NCBI GenBank assembly: GCA_963836205.1
Contig: CAWIIV010000014.1
Coordinates: 32,001-96,000, forward strand
DNA length: 64,000 nucleotides
Origin: an uncultured Acidimicrobiia bacterium
GTDB taxonomy: Bacteria > Actinomycetota > Acidimicrobiia > Acidimicrobiales > AC-14
Reading direction: 5' to 3'
Below the pieces are notes generated by a model. The model saw only the letters and a program-made list of their open reading frames with translations, was not told the origin of the DNA and made no database searches. Every line of letters starts with the position of its first letter. Position 1 is the stretch's first letter. The translations under genes and the position numbers were made by a program. This document shows, one piece after another, positions 55,501 through 64,000 of the stretch.

Positions 55501-55852
55501 GGCGGGCGTCCTGCTCGCGCTGCTGGAGCCGTTCGCCGACCAGGCGGTCTGCACCGGCCTCAGCTCGGGCGGCTCGGTGTCGTACTACATGGGCCTGCTG
55601 GCCGCGACCCTCGGCCGCCTGGAGGACGCCGACGCCAGCCTGGCCCGGGCCGAGCGGGCCCACGCCGCCATCCCCGCCCCCGCCTGGCTGGCCCGCACCC
55701 ACCTGGCCCGGGCCGGCGTCCTCCTCCAACGCGACCTCCCCACCGACGCCCACCAGGCCCGGTCGCTCGTCCGCCAGGCCCTCACCACGTCGCGTGCCCT
55801 GGGGCTGACCCCACTCGAACGCCAGGCGACGAAGGTCCTGAGCACTCGCTGA
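52550..55852 (+). CDS. Class III nucleotidyl cyclase + AAA_16 STAND ATPase + helical/TPR protein
   Basis: TDLVGST, KTLGDG, MRVG, GTPVVEAARL; GEPGVGKT, LDDLQWA, GNPFF. Confidence 0.9.
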   Translation: MGERRSAAMAAVVITDLVGSTDLMATLGRSDFRDFLRDHFTRLREVVDQHRGTEIKTLGDGILATFPSATDAVACAVAMQQSVDRQVRQGGAPVAMRVGLALGEVSFDDGDVVGTPVVEAARLVAAAGGGQIVASDVVRIVADDPDRTRFVELGSFRLKGLPTPVDAFEVVWKPLPVSSVPLPALLTDISPIFVGRDTELDRFQAVWDDDASGELRLVLLAGEPGVGKTRLAAEMASRAHQAGSTVLAGRCDEDLPVPHQPFVEALRHFVDHSPDLALDDSLGRYGGELVRLVPELTARVPGLPAPIRSDPETEQYRLFDAVAAWLGRASDDRQLLLVLDDLQWAARPSLLLLRHLLRSSGLGRIVVVGTYRDTELTHDHPLVGMLSDLRRHPRVSRLSLDGLVEAEVMDFVEQAAGHQLADESEALARAIHAETQGNPFFLREVLRHLVETGAVVVDGGHWGVARPIEELGIPEGVRDVVGRRLARLSDQANTVMRLAAVQGTDFELAVLQAAGEFDEEGVLSALEEALDARLLLEPSGPAARYRFSHALVRQTVYGELSAARRVVLHRKIGEAIEHIHGGRIEEYLPALAHHYAQASMPTATTGKALDYAVRAGDRAVEQMANDQAASYYLRALELLEVGGQAHDDARRLDLLMRLGRAQRLAGDPAHRETLLAAGRLARQLGDADALAQSALANHRGLWATVGGVDDDRVAMLESALDAQEPVDSPVRARLMARLAVEVVYGQDPNRGRVVSAEALAMTRRLGDRATLAEVLLARVVAIWAPTTVAERLALTRELLEVAGELGDSVLVCAGSWHRFAAAIEAGDVAEADRCLDAAEGLAAELGQPTARWFTMILRANRLLLAGEVERSEAVSDQALELGLATGHPDAVLLHAVHVFNVCFERGTLDLVADGVARVTAANPGVTSLQATLALLHAELGELEQARASYERLLGQLTDLRQEPYWLRTVTQAAYVCHLLEDRVGAGVLLALLEPFADQAVCTGLSSGGSVSYYMGLLAATLGRLEDADASLARAERAHAAIPAPAWLARTHLARAGVLLQRDLPTDAHQARSLVRQALTTSRALGLTPLERQATKVLSTR

Positions 55853-55859
55853 CAACGAG

Positions 55860-55899
55860 AACCGGGGCGGCCGCCCCGCCGCAGGCGGTCGCCCCGGTT
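55860..55899. terminator. Strong hairpin between convergent genes
   Basis: aaccggggcggccgcc-loop-ggcggtcgccccggtt. Confidence 0.65.
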
Positions 55900-55980
55900 G
55901 ACCCGACCCCCGCCGGCCCGCCAAGCCGGCTCCGCCGCCGGGGGAGGGTTCGGGAGGGGCCCCGCCCCCCCTCCCGAGAC

Positions 55981-57504
55981 TTAGCCGTTGACGCTCGCCT
56001 CCAGCTTCTCGGGGGACACCCGCCAGTAGGCGTGCTCCTCCTTCCGGATCTTGGCCTCGAGCTCCTCCAGGTCGGCCCGGAAGGCGTCGAAGGCGGCCCT
56101 GCCGGCCTGGTCGACGGCCAGGTAGCCGAAGTCGTGCAGGATCGGCGTCCGCTGGACGTTGAGCATGAGGTTGACGTTCACCAACCGCTGGTAGACGTCG
56201 ACAGGGACGCGGCGGCCGTCCCGTCGCACCCGGACGGGCTGGACGTGGGGCCACACCTGGTAGTTCCAGAGCCCGGAACCCATGATGTCGTGCTCCACCG
56301 TCCCGACGAACATCAGGATGGCGGCCAGCCGGGCCACCTCGTCCACCGTCATCTGCGCACTCACCACGCCCCCGACGCCCCCGGGGAGCCGACGGTTGAG
56401 GTCGGCGATCCAGGCCACCACCGCCGGGTCGGCCCGAAGGGCGGCGTCGGACGGGTAGGCGACGTGCAGGTAGCGCTGGGCGTGGCGGTACATGACGTCG
56501 AAGTGGGCCCGACGATTCTCGAGCGAGGGCTGGTCGAAGGGCGCCATCGAAAGACCCCGCCGGTCGGCGTCGGCATCGGGATCGAAGGCGGCGATGTCGT
56601 GGTCGCCGTAGGTGTCGGACAGCAGGTGACACAGCCCATCGTGGGTGAAGCTGAACACGCTCTCGTAGTCGCCGCCCTTCATGAGCAGGATCTCGGTGAC
56701 CAGCTCGTTGGAGTACTGGGTGCCCCACTGGTGGGGCCACAGGAGACGGTTGAGTCGGTGGCCTGCCGGAAGCCAGTTGCGGCTGGCCACCGAGCTCTGG
56801 GCCACCGCCGCCAGGTGGACCCAGTTGAAGTGGCGAACCAGGGTCAGGTGGTTGGTGGCCGCGGCCAGCGCCAGGCGCTGGGCCTGCTCCCACAACGGGT
56901 GGCTGGGGGTGACCACACCCAGCTCGCAGTCGATCTCGACCGCAGAAAGGCCCCGCTGGTCGTCGTCGACCTCGAACCGCACCCGCACACCGAGCGAGCG
57001 CAGGCCCTGGTGGTGCTCGTACCGGCCCAGGTCCCGGAAGTCCCACTCGTACGAGGTGAGGGGATCGCTCGCGTCGACCGCCTGCAGGTAGTAGGAGTAC
57101 GGGCCGGCGACGGCGAGCTGCCCGAGGTTGATCTGGCCCCGGTACTCCTCCGGCAGCGCCGGCACCGGGAACTTCGACTTCCGGTGCGTCCGGCCGTAGG
57201 CGGAGGCCATGGCGAGCGAAGGGTCGGAGCTGATCGAGGGAAGCCCCGGCTGTCCGGGAGGAAAGACCCGGTACAGGAAGGCCTGGACCCGGCAGAAGCC
57301 GAGCCGGAACCGGTTGTACTCGTCATCCGGCACGTGGTTGGCGACGAGGATGTTGTCGATCGGGATCCCCGGGTAGCGCACCCGCATCGGGATCGTGCGC
57401 AGCTTCCGCGCGCTCTCGGTCGGCAGCGGTGCGTACTGCTCCTCGTTGGCCCGGAACTTTTTCACCGTCAGCCAATTCCAGAATGCCCTGCGAATCTTCC
57501 ACAT
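55981..57504 (-). CDS. Lipoxygenase family protein (divergent)
   Basis: W..A........NHLTLVRHFNWVHL, RNWLPAGHRLNRLLWPH, D..VVAW, TVEH, C-terminal LEASVNG. Confidence 0.8.
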   Translation of the reverse strand: MWKIRRAFWNWLTVKKFRANEEQYAPLPTESARKLRTIPMRVRYPGIPIDNILVANHVPDDEYNRFRLGFCRVQAFLYRVFPPGQPGLPSISSDPSLAMASAYGRTHRKSKFPVPALPEEYRGQINLGQLAVAGPYSYYLQAVDASDPLTSYEWDFRDLGRYEHHQGLRSLGVRVRFEVDDDQRGLSAVEIDCELGVVTPSHPLWEQAQRLALAAATNHLTLVRHFNWVHLAAVAQSSVASRNWLPAGHRLNRLLWPHQWGTQYSNELVTEILLMKGGDYESVFSFTHDGLCHLLSDTYGDHDIAAFDPDADADRRGLSMAPFDQPSLENRRAHFDVMYRHAQRYLHVAYPSDAALRADPAVVAWIADLNRRLPGGVGGVVSAQMTVDEVARLAAILMFVGTVEHDIMGSGLWNYQVWPHVQPVRVRRDGRRVPVDVYQRLVNVNLMLNVQRTPILHDFGYLAVDQAGRAAFDAFRADLEELEAKIRKEEHAYWRVSPEKLEASVNG

Positions 57505-57836
57505 CTCGCCCTGCCCCCAGTCTCAGAATCCGCCGGTCCTACCGTCCACCGCGGCACGACTCCTTCCTTAGAGCGCCGACGCGGCCCGCTGATACGCGGT
57601 TGCTACCTGTCACTACGGCGCTCCGCCGCCCTGGCCACGTTCGCCCTCGTGGGGTGAGTCGAGGATGGGTATTCGCTCCGCATAGCTCCTGCTCCAGTCC
57701 CGGCCGTCGTTGCCGACCGTCGTCACCAGCCTGGTCAGCGACGCCGTCGGCGACGATGCCGACCATCACCTTCCGGGTGTGACGGCGGACACACTCGCCC
57801 GGGCCGGCGGGCCTGCCCCGGTAGGGTCGGGCGCAC

Positions 57837-58475
57837 GTGGAATGGCGCTTGCTGCGGGACGTCCCCGACGACAAGGTGCGACGGGTCCTCTCGGCCGCCC
57901 GGCGGCGCCGGTTCGCGAGAGGGTCGGTGCTCTTCCACGAGGGCGACCCCGCCACCACGCTGCACCTGCTCGCCAAGGGACGGGTCGCGGTGCGGGTCAC
58001 CACGCCCCGGGGCGACGTGCTCACGGTCGACCTCCTCGGCGCCGGCGACGTGGTGGGCGAGCTCGCCTTCCTGGCCACCGACGCCCGGCGCACGGCCACC
58101 GTCGTCGCCTTGGAGGCGACCGAGACGCTGGTCCTCGACCGGGCCGTGTTCGACGAGCTGAGCAGCCACGACCCGTCGGTCTCGGAAGTCCTCCTGCACG
58201 TGCTGGCCGAGCGCATCCGCCGCCTCGACGCCCGGCTGCTGGAGGCCCTCTTCGTGCCCGCCGACACCCGGATCCTGCGCCGCCTGGAGGAGCTGGCGGC
58301 GACCTATGGCGGCGTCATCCCCCTCACCCAGGAGGACCTGGCCGGCCTGGCCGGCACCACCCGGGCCACCGTCAACCGGGTCCTGCGCCGGGAGCTCCAG
58401 TCGGGCACGATCACCGCCAGCCGGGGCCGGATCACCGTGGTCGACGGCGAGGCCCTGGCCCGACGGGCGCGCTGA
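57837..58475 (+). CDS. Crp/Fnr family regulator
   Basis: [36 protein letters not shown]. Confidence 0.93.
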   Translation: MEWRLLRDVPDDKVRRVLSAARRRRFARGSVLFHEGDPATTLHLLAKGRVAVRVTTPRGDVLTVDLLGAGDVVGELAFLATDARRTATVVALEATETLVLDRAVFDELSSHDPSVSEVLLHVLAERIRRLDARLLEALFVPADTRILRRLEELAATYGGVIPLTQEDLAGLAGTTRATVNRVLRRELQSGTITASRGRITVVDGEALARRAR

Positions 58476-58569
58476 CCACGTCGCCGCCGCCGCCCGTGGG
58501 CGCGACCGGGAAGACGGCTTCGGGGCGCTTTTGTCGTTAGCATCCGTCCCTGCGGGAAAGGGGGGAACC

Positions 58570-61323
58570 GTGGGGGTCGACTACCGGCGAATCCGGAATG
58601 CGCTGCCTGAGGGGCGGACGCTGCCGGAGGACCTCTGGTCCCGCCGCCATCGCGGCATCCTCGTCCTCCTGTGGGCCCACGCCGCCCTGATCCCTTTGTT
58701 CGCCATCGGCAGGGGATTCCGACTCACCCACGTGCTCATGGAGGGGGCCGTCGTCCCCCTCACCGCGCTGCTGGCGACGACGCCGAGACTCAACCGCCGT
58801 CAGCGCAGCGCGGCCGCCTCGATCGGCCTGCTGTCGTGTTCCGCGGTGCTGGTGCACCTGTCGGGCGGCGTCATCGAGATGCACTTCCACTTCTTCGTCA
58901 TGGTCGCGGTGGTGGCTCTGTACCAGGACTGGGTCTGCTTCCTCGCCGCCATCGGCTACGTGCTCGTGCACCACGGGATCCTCGGGGCGCTCGATCCGGA
59001 GTCGGTCTTCAACCACTACGCAGCCCTCAACCACCCCTGGAAGTGGGCGGCCATCCACGCCTTCTTCATCACCGGCATCAGCGTGGCGTGCCTCGTGACC
59101 TGGCGGCTGGACGAGAACCTGCTCGACCGGGAGCGTGAGGCCGAGGAACGCCTGCGGGAGGAAACCCGCATCGTGGAGACGCTCAACGACGTCGGGCGGA
59201 CGGTCGCCGCCGAGCTCGACCTGCGGGCGGTGGTGCAGACGGTCACCGACGCCGCCACCGAAGTCACCGCGGCTGCCTCCGGGGCGTTCTTCTACAACGT
59301 CGTCGATGCCCGCGGCGAGTCGTACATGCTCTCCACGCTCTCCGGCGTGCCCACCGAGGCGTTCACCGGTTTCCCCATGCCGAGGGACACGGCCGTGTTC
59401 GGCCCGAACTTCGCCGGCGAGGGCACCGTGCGCCTCGACGACGTCACCCGCGACCCCCGCTACGGCCACACCCCGCCCCACTTCGGCCTGCCCAACGGCC
59501 ACCCGCCGGTCCGCAGCTACCTGGCGGTGCCCGTACGGTCGGCGCGGGGGGAGGTGCTCGGGGGGTTGTTCCTCTGGCATCCGGAGCCGGCTCGTTTCTC
59601 CGACGTCGACGAACGCCTGGTCGAGGGGATCGCGGCCCACGCCGCCGTCGCCATCGACAACGCCCGCCTCTACGAGGCCGAGCGCAAGTCCCGCGAGCTG
59701 GCGGAACGGGCCCAGGGCCGGCTGGCGGTGCTCGCCGACGCCAGCCGGGCGCTGGCCTCGTCGCTCGACGCCGACCGCATCCTCGACGAAATGGCCGGCA
59801 TCGTCGTGCCCGCCCTGGCCGACCGCTGCGACGTGTTCCTCGCCGGCGACGACGGCCTCCTCCGTCCCGTCGTGGCCGCCGGGGGCGATCCCGGGGCGGA
59901 CCGGTCGCCGGTCGCCGCCACCGGTGCCGCCGCCGGTGCCGACGAGCCGGTCGCCCGTTGCTTCGGCACCGGCCGGAGCATCGTGCTCGGTGCCGACTCG
60001 GACGGGCCGGCCGCGGCGGGGGTCGCGGTGGCATCGGCGATCGTGGTGCCGCTGGTCGGTCCCCACGGTCCCCTCGGAGTCCTCTCGCTGAGCACGTCCG
60101 CCGAGTCGGGCCGCGTCCTCGACCACGACGACGTGTCGCTGGCCGAGGAGGTGGGCCGGCGGGCGGCGGTGGCGGTCGAGCACGCCCGCCTCTACGCCGG
60201 CCAACGCACCGCGGCCGAGACCCTCCAGCACAGCCTGCTGCCGGAGGTCCTGCCCGAGCTACCGGGGATCGCCATCGCCAGCCGCTACCTCGCCGGTGGG
60301 CCCGACGTCGACGTCGGCGGCGACTGGTACGACGTGCTGGCCCTGCCCGACGGCCGCCTGGCCCTGGCCATGGGCGACGTCGTCGGGCGGGGCGTGCCGG
60401 CGGCGTCGCTGATGGGCCAGCTGCGCAACGGGCTGCGGGCCTACGTGGTCGAGGGCCGCTCACCGGCCCAGGTCCTGTCCCTGCTCAACCGGCTCCTGCG
60501 CGACGTCGGTGCGCCCCACCAGATGGCCACGGTGGTCGTGATGGTGCTCGACCCCGAGACCGGCGAGGTCTGCTACTCCAACGCCGGGCACCCCCCGCCG
60601 CTGGTGGGGACGGGCGACGGCGGCACCCATTTTCTGGAGGATGCGGTCTGCGTGCCCCTGGGCGCCATCGGCCACGCCGAGTACACCGAGGCCAAGTTGG
60701 TCCTCACCCCCGGCTCGACCCTGATCCTCTACACCGACGGCCTGGTGGAGGACCGCACCATGGCGCTCGACGTCGGGCTCGACCGGCTGCGATCCGACCT
60801 GCTCACCGGCCCCGACGACGTCAACGCGCTGTGCGAGCACCTCACCGCCCACCTGCGGGAGGCGGGACCGGCCCAGGACGACATGGCCATCCTGGCCGTG
60901 CGGTGGCTGGCGCTGGGGCCGACGCTCGAGTTCCAGCTGCCCAGCCAGGCCCGGGTCCTGCGCCCCCTGCGGGCCACCCTGCGCCGGTGGCTGGCGGCGG
61001 GGGGCGTCACCGACCACGAGGCGTTCGAGATCCTGGTGGCGACCTCGGAAGCGTGCGCCAACGCCATCCGCCACGGGGCCTCGAGCGCCACCCATTTCGA
61101 CCTCCGGGCCGAGCTCAACGGCGACGTCTCCATCGTGGTGCGCAGCTCCGGCGGGTGGCGCGAGCGGCGGCCGTCGGCGCCCGGGGGGCGGGGGCTCGAC
61201 ATCATGCGCCAGTTCATGGACGACACCGAGGTCGAAGGCGGGCTGGACGCCACCGAGATCCGGATGCGCCGCCGGCTGGTCAACAGCTGCCTGGGTGCGG
61301 AACCGGTTGTCGATGCGACTTGA
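58570..61323 (+). CDS. Membrane sensor with 2 GAF + SpoIIE/PP2C phosphatase + HATPase_c
   Basis: EMHFHFF TM region, GAFs, [39 protein letters not shown]. Confidence 0.9.
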   Translation: MGVDYRRIRNALPEGRTLPEDLWSRRHRGILVLLWAHAALIPLFAIGRGFRLTHVLMEGAVVPLTALLATTPRLNRRQRSAAASIGLLSCSAVLVHLSGGVIEMHFHFFVMVAVVALYQDWVCFLAAIGYVLVHHGILGALDPESVFNHYAALNHPWKWAAIHAFFITGISVACLVTWRLDENLLDREREAEERLREETRIVETLNDVGRTVAAELDLRAVVQTVTDAATEVTAAASGAFFYNVVDARGESYMLSTLSGVPTEAFTGFPMPRDTAVFGPNFAGEGTVRLDDVTRDPRYGHTPPHFGLPNGHPPVRSYLAVPVRSARGEVLGGLFLWHPEPARFSDVDERLVEGIAAHAAVAIDNARLYEAERKSRELAERAQGRLAVLADASRALASSLDADRILDEMAGIVVPALADRCDVFLAGDDGLLRPVVAAGGDPGADRSPVAATGAAAGADEPVARCFGTGRSIVLGADSDGPAAAGVAVASAIVVPLVGPHGPLGVLSLSTSAESGRVLDHDDVSLAEEVGRRAAVAVEHARLYAGQRTAAETLQHSLLPEVLPELPGIAIASRYLAGGPDVDVGGDWYDVLALPDGRLALAMGDVVGRGVPAASLMGQLRNGLRAYVVEGRSPAQVLSLLNRLLRDVGAPHQMATVVVMVLDPETGEVCYSNAGHPPPLVGTGDGGTHFLEDAVCVPLGAIGHAEYTEAKLVLTPGSTLILYTDGLVEDRTMALDVGLDRLRSDLLTGPDDVNALCEHLTAHLREAGPAQDDMAILAVRWLALGPTLEFQLPSQARVLRPLRATLRRWLAAGGVTDHEAFEILVATSEACANAIRHGASSATHFDLRAELNGDVSIVVRSSGGWRERRPSAPGGRGLDIMRQFMDDTEVEGGLDATEIRMRRRLVNSCLGAEPVVDAT

Positions 61324-61678
61324 CCTGGGCGACGACGGCGACGACTGGGGCGTCGACGGGGGCGTCGTCGTGGCCCGCATCGAGGGCGACATCGACTTCG
61401 GCTCGGCCGGCGACCTCGGCGCCGACATCCTCCGGGCTCTGCCCGACACCGCCATCGGCCTGGTGCTCGATCTCACCGAGGTGCGCTACGTCGACAGCGG
61501 GGGCGTGCGGGTCTTCTTCGAGCTGGCCGCCCACCTCGCCGGCTCCGGTCGCCGGGTGGCGCTGGCGGTGCCCGAGACCTCGCCCATCCGCCGGTTGATC
61601 AAGATCACCCGCCTGGAGGAGGCCGTCCTCCTCTGCACCGCCGCCCCCGAATGCGCGGAGATGCTCCGAACCACATAG
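61313..61678 (+). CDS. STAS domain anti-anti-sigma factor
   Basis: [17 protein letters not shown] with phospho-Ser. Confidence 0.88.
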   Translation: MRLDLGDDGDDWGVDGGVVVARIEGDIDFGSAGDLGADILRALPDTAIGLVLDLTEVRYVDSGGVRVFFELAAHLAGSGRRVALAVPETSPIRRLIKITRLEEAVLLCTAAPECAEMLRTT

Positions 61679-61684
61679 CCCCGG

Positions 61685-61710
61685 GGAACCGGCGGCGGCC
61701 GTCGTGCGTC
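61685..61710 (+). promoter_or_regulatory. ECF-type promoter, probably autoregulatory
   Basis: GGAACC-N16-CGTC just upstream of the ECF sigma gene. Confidence 0.6.
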
Positions 61711-61719
61711 TGTGCGAGG

Positions 61720-62256
61720 GTGAGGAGCGAGGTGGCGGCCGCAGACGAGAAGACGGCAGACGAGGAGCGGGAGAGTGACGACGCGCCGGTCGTCGTGCTC
61801 GCTCCGCCCGCCTCCCTGGCCGACCTCTACCGGGAGCGATACGTACCCATGGTGAGACTGGCGTACCTGATGGTCGGCTCGACCACCGTGGCCGAGGACC
61901 TGGTGCAGGACGCCTTCGCCCGCATGCACCGACACTGGGACAACGCCGAGCACCCCCGGGCCTACCTGCGCACGGCGGTGGTCAACGCCTGCCGGTCGCA
62001 CCTGCGCCGGCTGGCCCTGGAACGGGCCTACCGCCGCCACCCGTCGGCCGTGGGCGAGGGCATGGTGGCCCAACCCGACGAGTTGTTCGACGCGCTGGCC
62101 GCCCTGCCGCCCCGGCAACGGGCGGCCCTGGTGCTGCGCTTCTACGAGGACCTGTCCGAGGCCGACATCGCGGTCGCCCTCGGCTGCCGCCCGGGCACGG
62201 TGAAGTCCCTGCTGCACCGGGGCCTGGCCGAGCTGCGCAAGGTGGTGGAGCAGTGA
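61720..62256 (+). CDS. ECF sigma factor (SigE-like)
   Basis: AEDLVQDAF, AYLRTAVVN, LPPRQRAALVLRFYEDLSE, GTVKS; start approximate. Confidence 0.92.
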   Translation: MRSEVAAADEKTADEERESDDAPVVVLAPPASLADLYRERYVPMVRLAYLMVGSTTVAEDLVQDAFARMHRHWDNAEHPRAYLRTAVVNACRSHLRRLALERAYRRHPSAVGEGMVAQPDELFDALAALPPRQRAALVLRFYEDLSEADIAVALGCRPGTVKSLLHRGLAELRKVVEQ

Positions 62257-63689
62257 TGGTGGAGGACGAGCTTCGGGACACGCTGCAGCGCCGGGCGGAC
62301 GTGGTGGAGCCGTCGTTCGACGCCTGGCCGTCGATCACCCGCCGCATCGACCGCCGGCAACGGCGGACCCGCACCGCCACCATGTCCCTGGTCGCCGGCT
62401 TCTCGTTGGCGGCGGTGGCGGTGGCCGTCGCGATGGTCACCCTGGCCGTCCCCGACGCCGGTGACCAGAACGTGGCCGCCACCGGCGGTCCACCCCGCCT
62501 CACGGGCACCACGACGAGCCTCCCGTTCTCGTCGGCCAGCCCGTCCACGGTCGGGCCGATCGAAGCCATACCGGGACAGGTCGGAAGCGGCGGACCGGGC
62601 GGCAGCGTGGTGCCGCAGGGGCCGGCCCCGACCACGGCCGGCAGCGGCAGCGGCCCGACGGAGACGGGGATGCTGTCGTCCGGCTTCCACTCGGGCACGA
62701 TCTACCCGGAGACGGCGGCCGAGCTGGAGACGATTCAGGCCCAGGTCGACGACGGCCACCAGCCCTGGTGGACAGACCCGGTGATGGTGGCGGCGTCGTA
62801 CCTCGGCAACCGGGGCCTCACCATCGACGACGACGGGTTGCCGGCATGGGTCGGCAACGCCGGTGCGATGCGCTACACCGCCGGCGGCGTCGGCGGCTGG
62901 GTGAGCCTGGCCCAGCTCATCAACGGCGGCTCGATCCACTACGTGACGGGGTCCCGCACCGACCGGGTCGTCAAGCTCCGGCTCATCCGCGAGGGCAGCC
63001 GGGTGACGGTCGAGGTCATCGCCACCGAGTCGGGCAAGGTCGTCGTGCGCAGCAAGCGGCCCGGCGCGGACTGGAACCCGAGCACCACCGAGGCGGTGGT
63101 GGCGGGGAGGTTGCACTCACTCACGGTCCAGGGCGCGGAGTCGACCGACCTCATCGTCCAGGTCCGCCACGAGGGCGACGACGGCCGGGTAGGCCTGACC
63201 GAGGAGCTCCTGGGCGCGGTGCAGCCCGAGCTGGAGTACGTGGGCCTCCACGACGCATCGGTGCTCGCTCCCGGCCAGCTGGGACCGATCGGCCTGGACT
63301 TCACCTTCGCCGAGGTGCAGCGGTACAGCGGCATCGCCACCGTCATCGACCAGGGCGAGTCGTGCGCCAGCGTCTCGCCCGCCGGTCGCCCGGCCGGGGT
63401 GGCCTTCGTGTCGACCGACGGCGACGACCGCGTCGACGTGATCACCGTCGCCGCGCCGAGCGTGCGCACCGCAGCCGGCATCGGGGTCGGAAGCACGCTG
63501 GCCGAGGTCCGTCAGGCCCACCCGGGGATCGAGGAGCGGCTCACCGACGGTGAGGGCAGGCTCGTCCATTCCCCCGACGACCCCATGCAGGAGGGGTTCG
63601 AGATGATCTTCGGGATCCAGGACGGAAAGGTGTCCGTGATCTGGTCCGGCCACGAAGGCCTCTCCGACACCGACGAGATCTGCGCTTAA
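62253..63689 (+). CDS. Membrane-anchored putative anti-sigma factor with extracellular domains
   Basis: EDELRDTL N-terminus, single TM, Pro/Gly linker, GHQPWWTDP motif; coupled to sigma gene. Confidence 0.65.
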   Translation: MMVEDELRDTLQRRADVVEPSFDAWPSITRRIDRRQRRTRTATMSLVAGFSLAAVAVAVAMVTLAVPDAGDQNVAATGGPPRLTGTTTSLPFSSASPSTVGPIEAIPGQVGSGGPGGSVVPQGPAPTTAGSGSGPTETGMLSSGFHSGTIYPETAAELETIQAQVDDGHQPWWTDPVMVAASYLGNRGLTIDDDGLPAWVGNAGAMRYTAGGVGGWVSLAQLINGGSIHYVTGSRTDRVVKLRLIREGSRVTVEVIATESGKVVVRSKRPGADWNPSTTEAVVAGRLHSLTVQGAESTDLIVQVRHEGDDGRVGLTEELLGAVQPELEYVGLHDASVLAPGQLGPIGLDFTFAEVQRYSGIATVIDQGESCASVSPAGRPAGVAFVSTDGDDRVDVITVAAPSVRTAAGIGVGSTLAEVRQAHPGIEERLTDGEGRLVHSPDDPMQEGFEMIFGIQDGKVSVIWSGHEGLSDTDEICA

Positions 63690-63791
63690 CCGACCAGCGC
63701 GGCCGCCAGGCCGAACGCTGGTCGGAACGGGAAACAGTCCGCCGAAGGCGGCCCGAGCCCTAGACATCCAGGGCGCCGTAGCATTGGCGGC

Positions 63792-64000
63792 GTGAGCTCG
63801 GACAACCCGTTGGCCGAGAAGACGGCGGACCGCGTCGCGCCCCCTGCCGTCCTCGTCATCTTCGGCGCGTCGGGCGACCTCACCAGCCGCAAGCTCATGC
63901 CGGCCGTCGAGCGGCTGGCCCTCCGGCGGCTGCTGCCGGCGTCGTTCTCGATCGTGGGCGTGGCCCGCACCGAGATGGACGACGAGGAGTTCCTCCAGCG
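63792..64000 (+). CDS. zwf: Glucose-6-phosphate dehydrogenase (5' part)
   Basis: [29 protein letters not shown] upstream. Confidence 0.93.
   Translation, partial: MSSDNPLAEKTADRVAPPAVLVIFGASGDLTSRKLMPAVERLALRRLLPASFSIVGVARTEMDDEEFLQ

Noticed and set aside
53299-57657. 1452-aa ORF and many other long Arg/Pro/Gly-rich or antisense ORFs
   Set aside because: Shadow ORFs of real genes caused by scarce stop codons at high GC; no recognisable motifs.

Overview
Very GC-rich actinobacterial chromosome segment, probably Acidimicrobiia-like; this is inferred from the dop-arc-ferredoxin...trmI Pup-proteasome neighbourhood and frequent leaderless TANNNT promoters. Housekeeping and regulatory genes include dop, arc, msrB, marP-like, trmI, dacB, tkt, zwf, many two-component and STAND regulators, and a Tad/Flp pilus cluster. 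They surround an accessory block at ~23-34 kb. The main find is an intact-looking IS110-family element (26757-28522, CT core). Its 3' non-coding end can be read directly as a bridge-RNA-like structure with a target-binding loop matching the reconstructed insertion site and a donor-binding loop matching the circle junction. Circularisation would also create a TTGACA-17-TACACC promoter. The element interrupts a large TIR-WD40x14-Roc/COR-Zn-DUF4365-like nuclease gene that looks like an innate-immune-type defence protein with hypervariable repeats. Other oddities are a divergent lipoxygenase, a 17-bp VNTR of MPAF minigenes inside the tad operon, a covarying dispersed hairpin family, a shared tad operator, a perfect 22-bp TetR palindrome and a candidate new toxin-antitoxin pair. 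Many 1-2 bp frameshifts across unrelated genes suggest long-read indel errors, so pseudogene calls are provisional. All assignments come from motif recognition by eye; no database searches were run.
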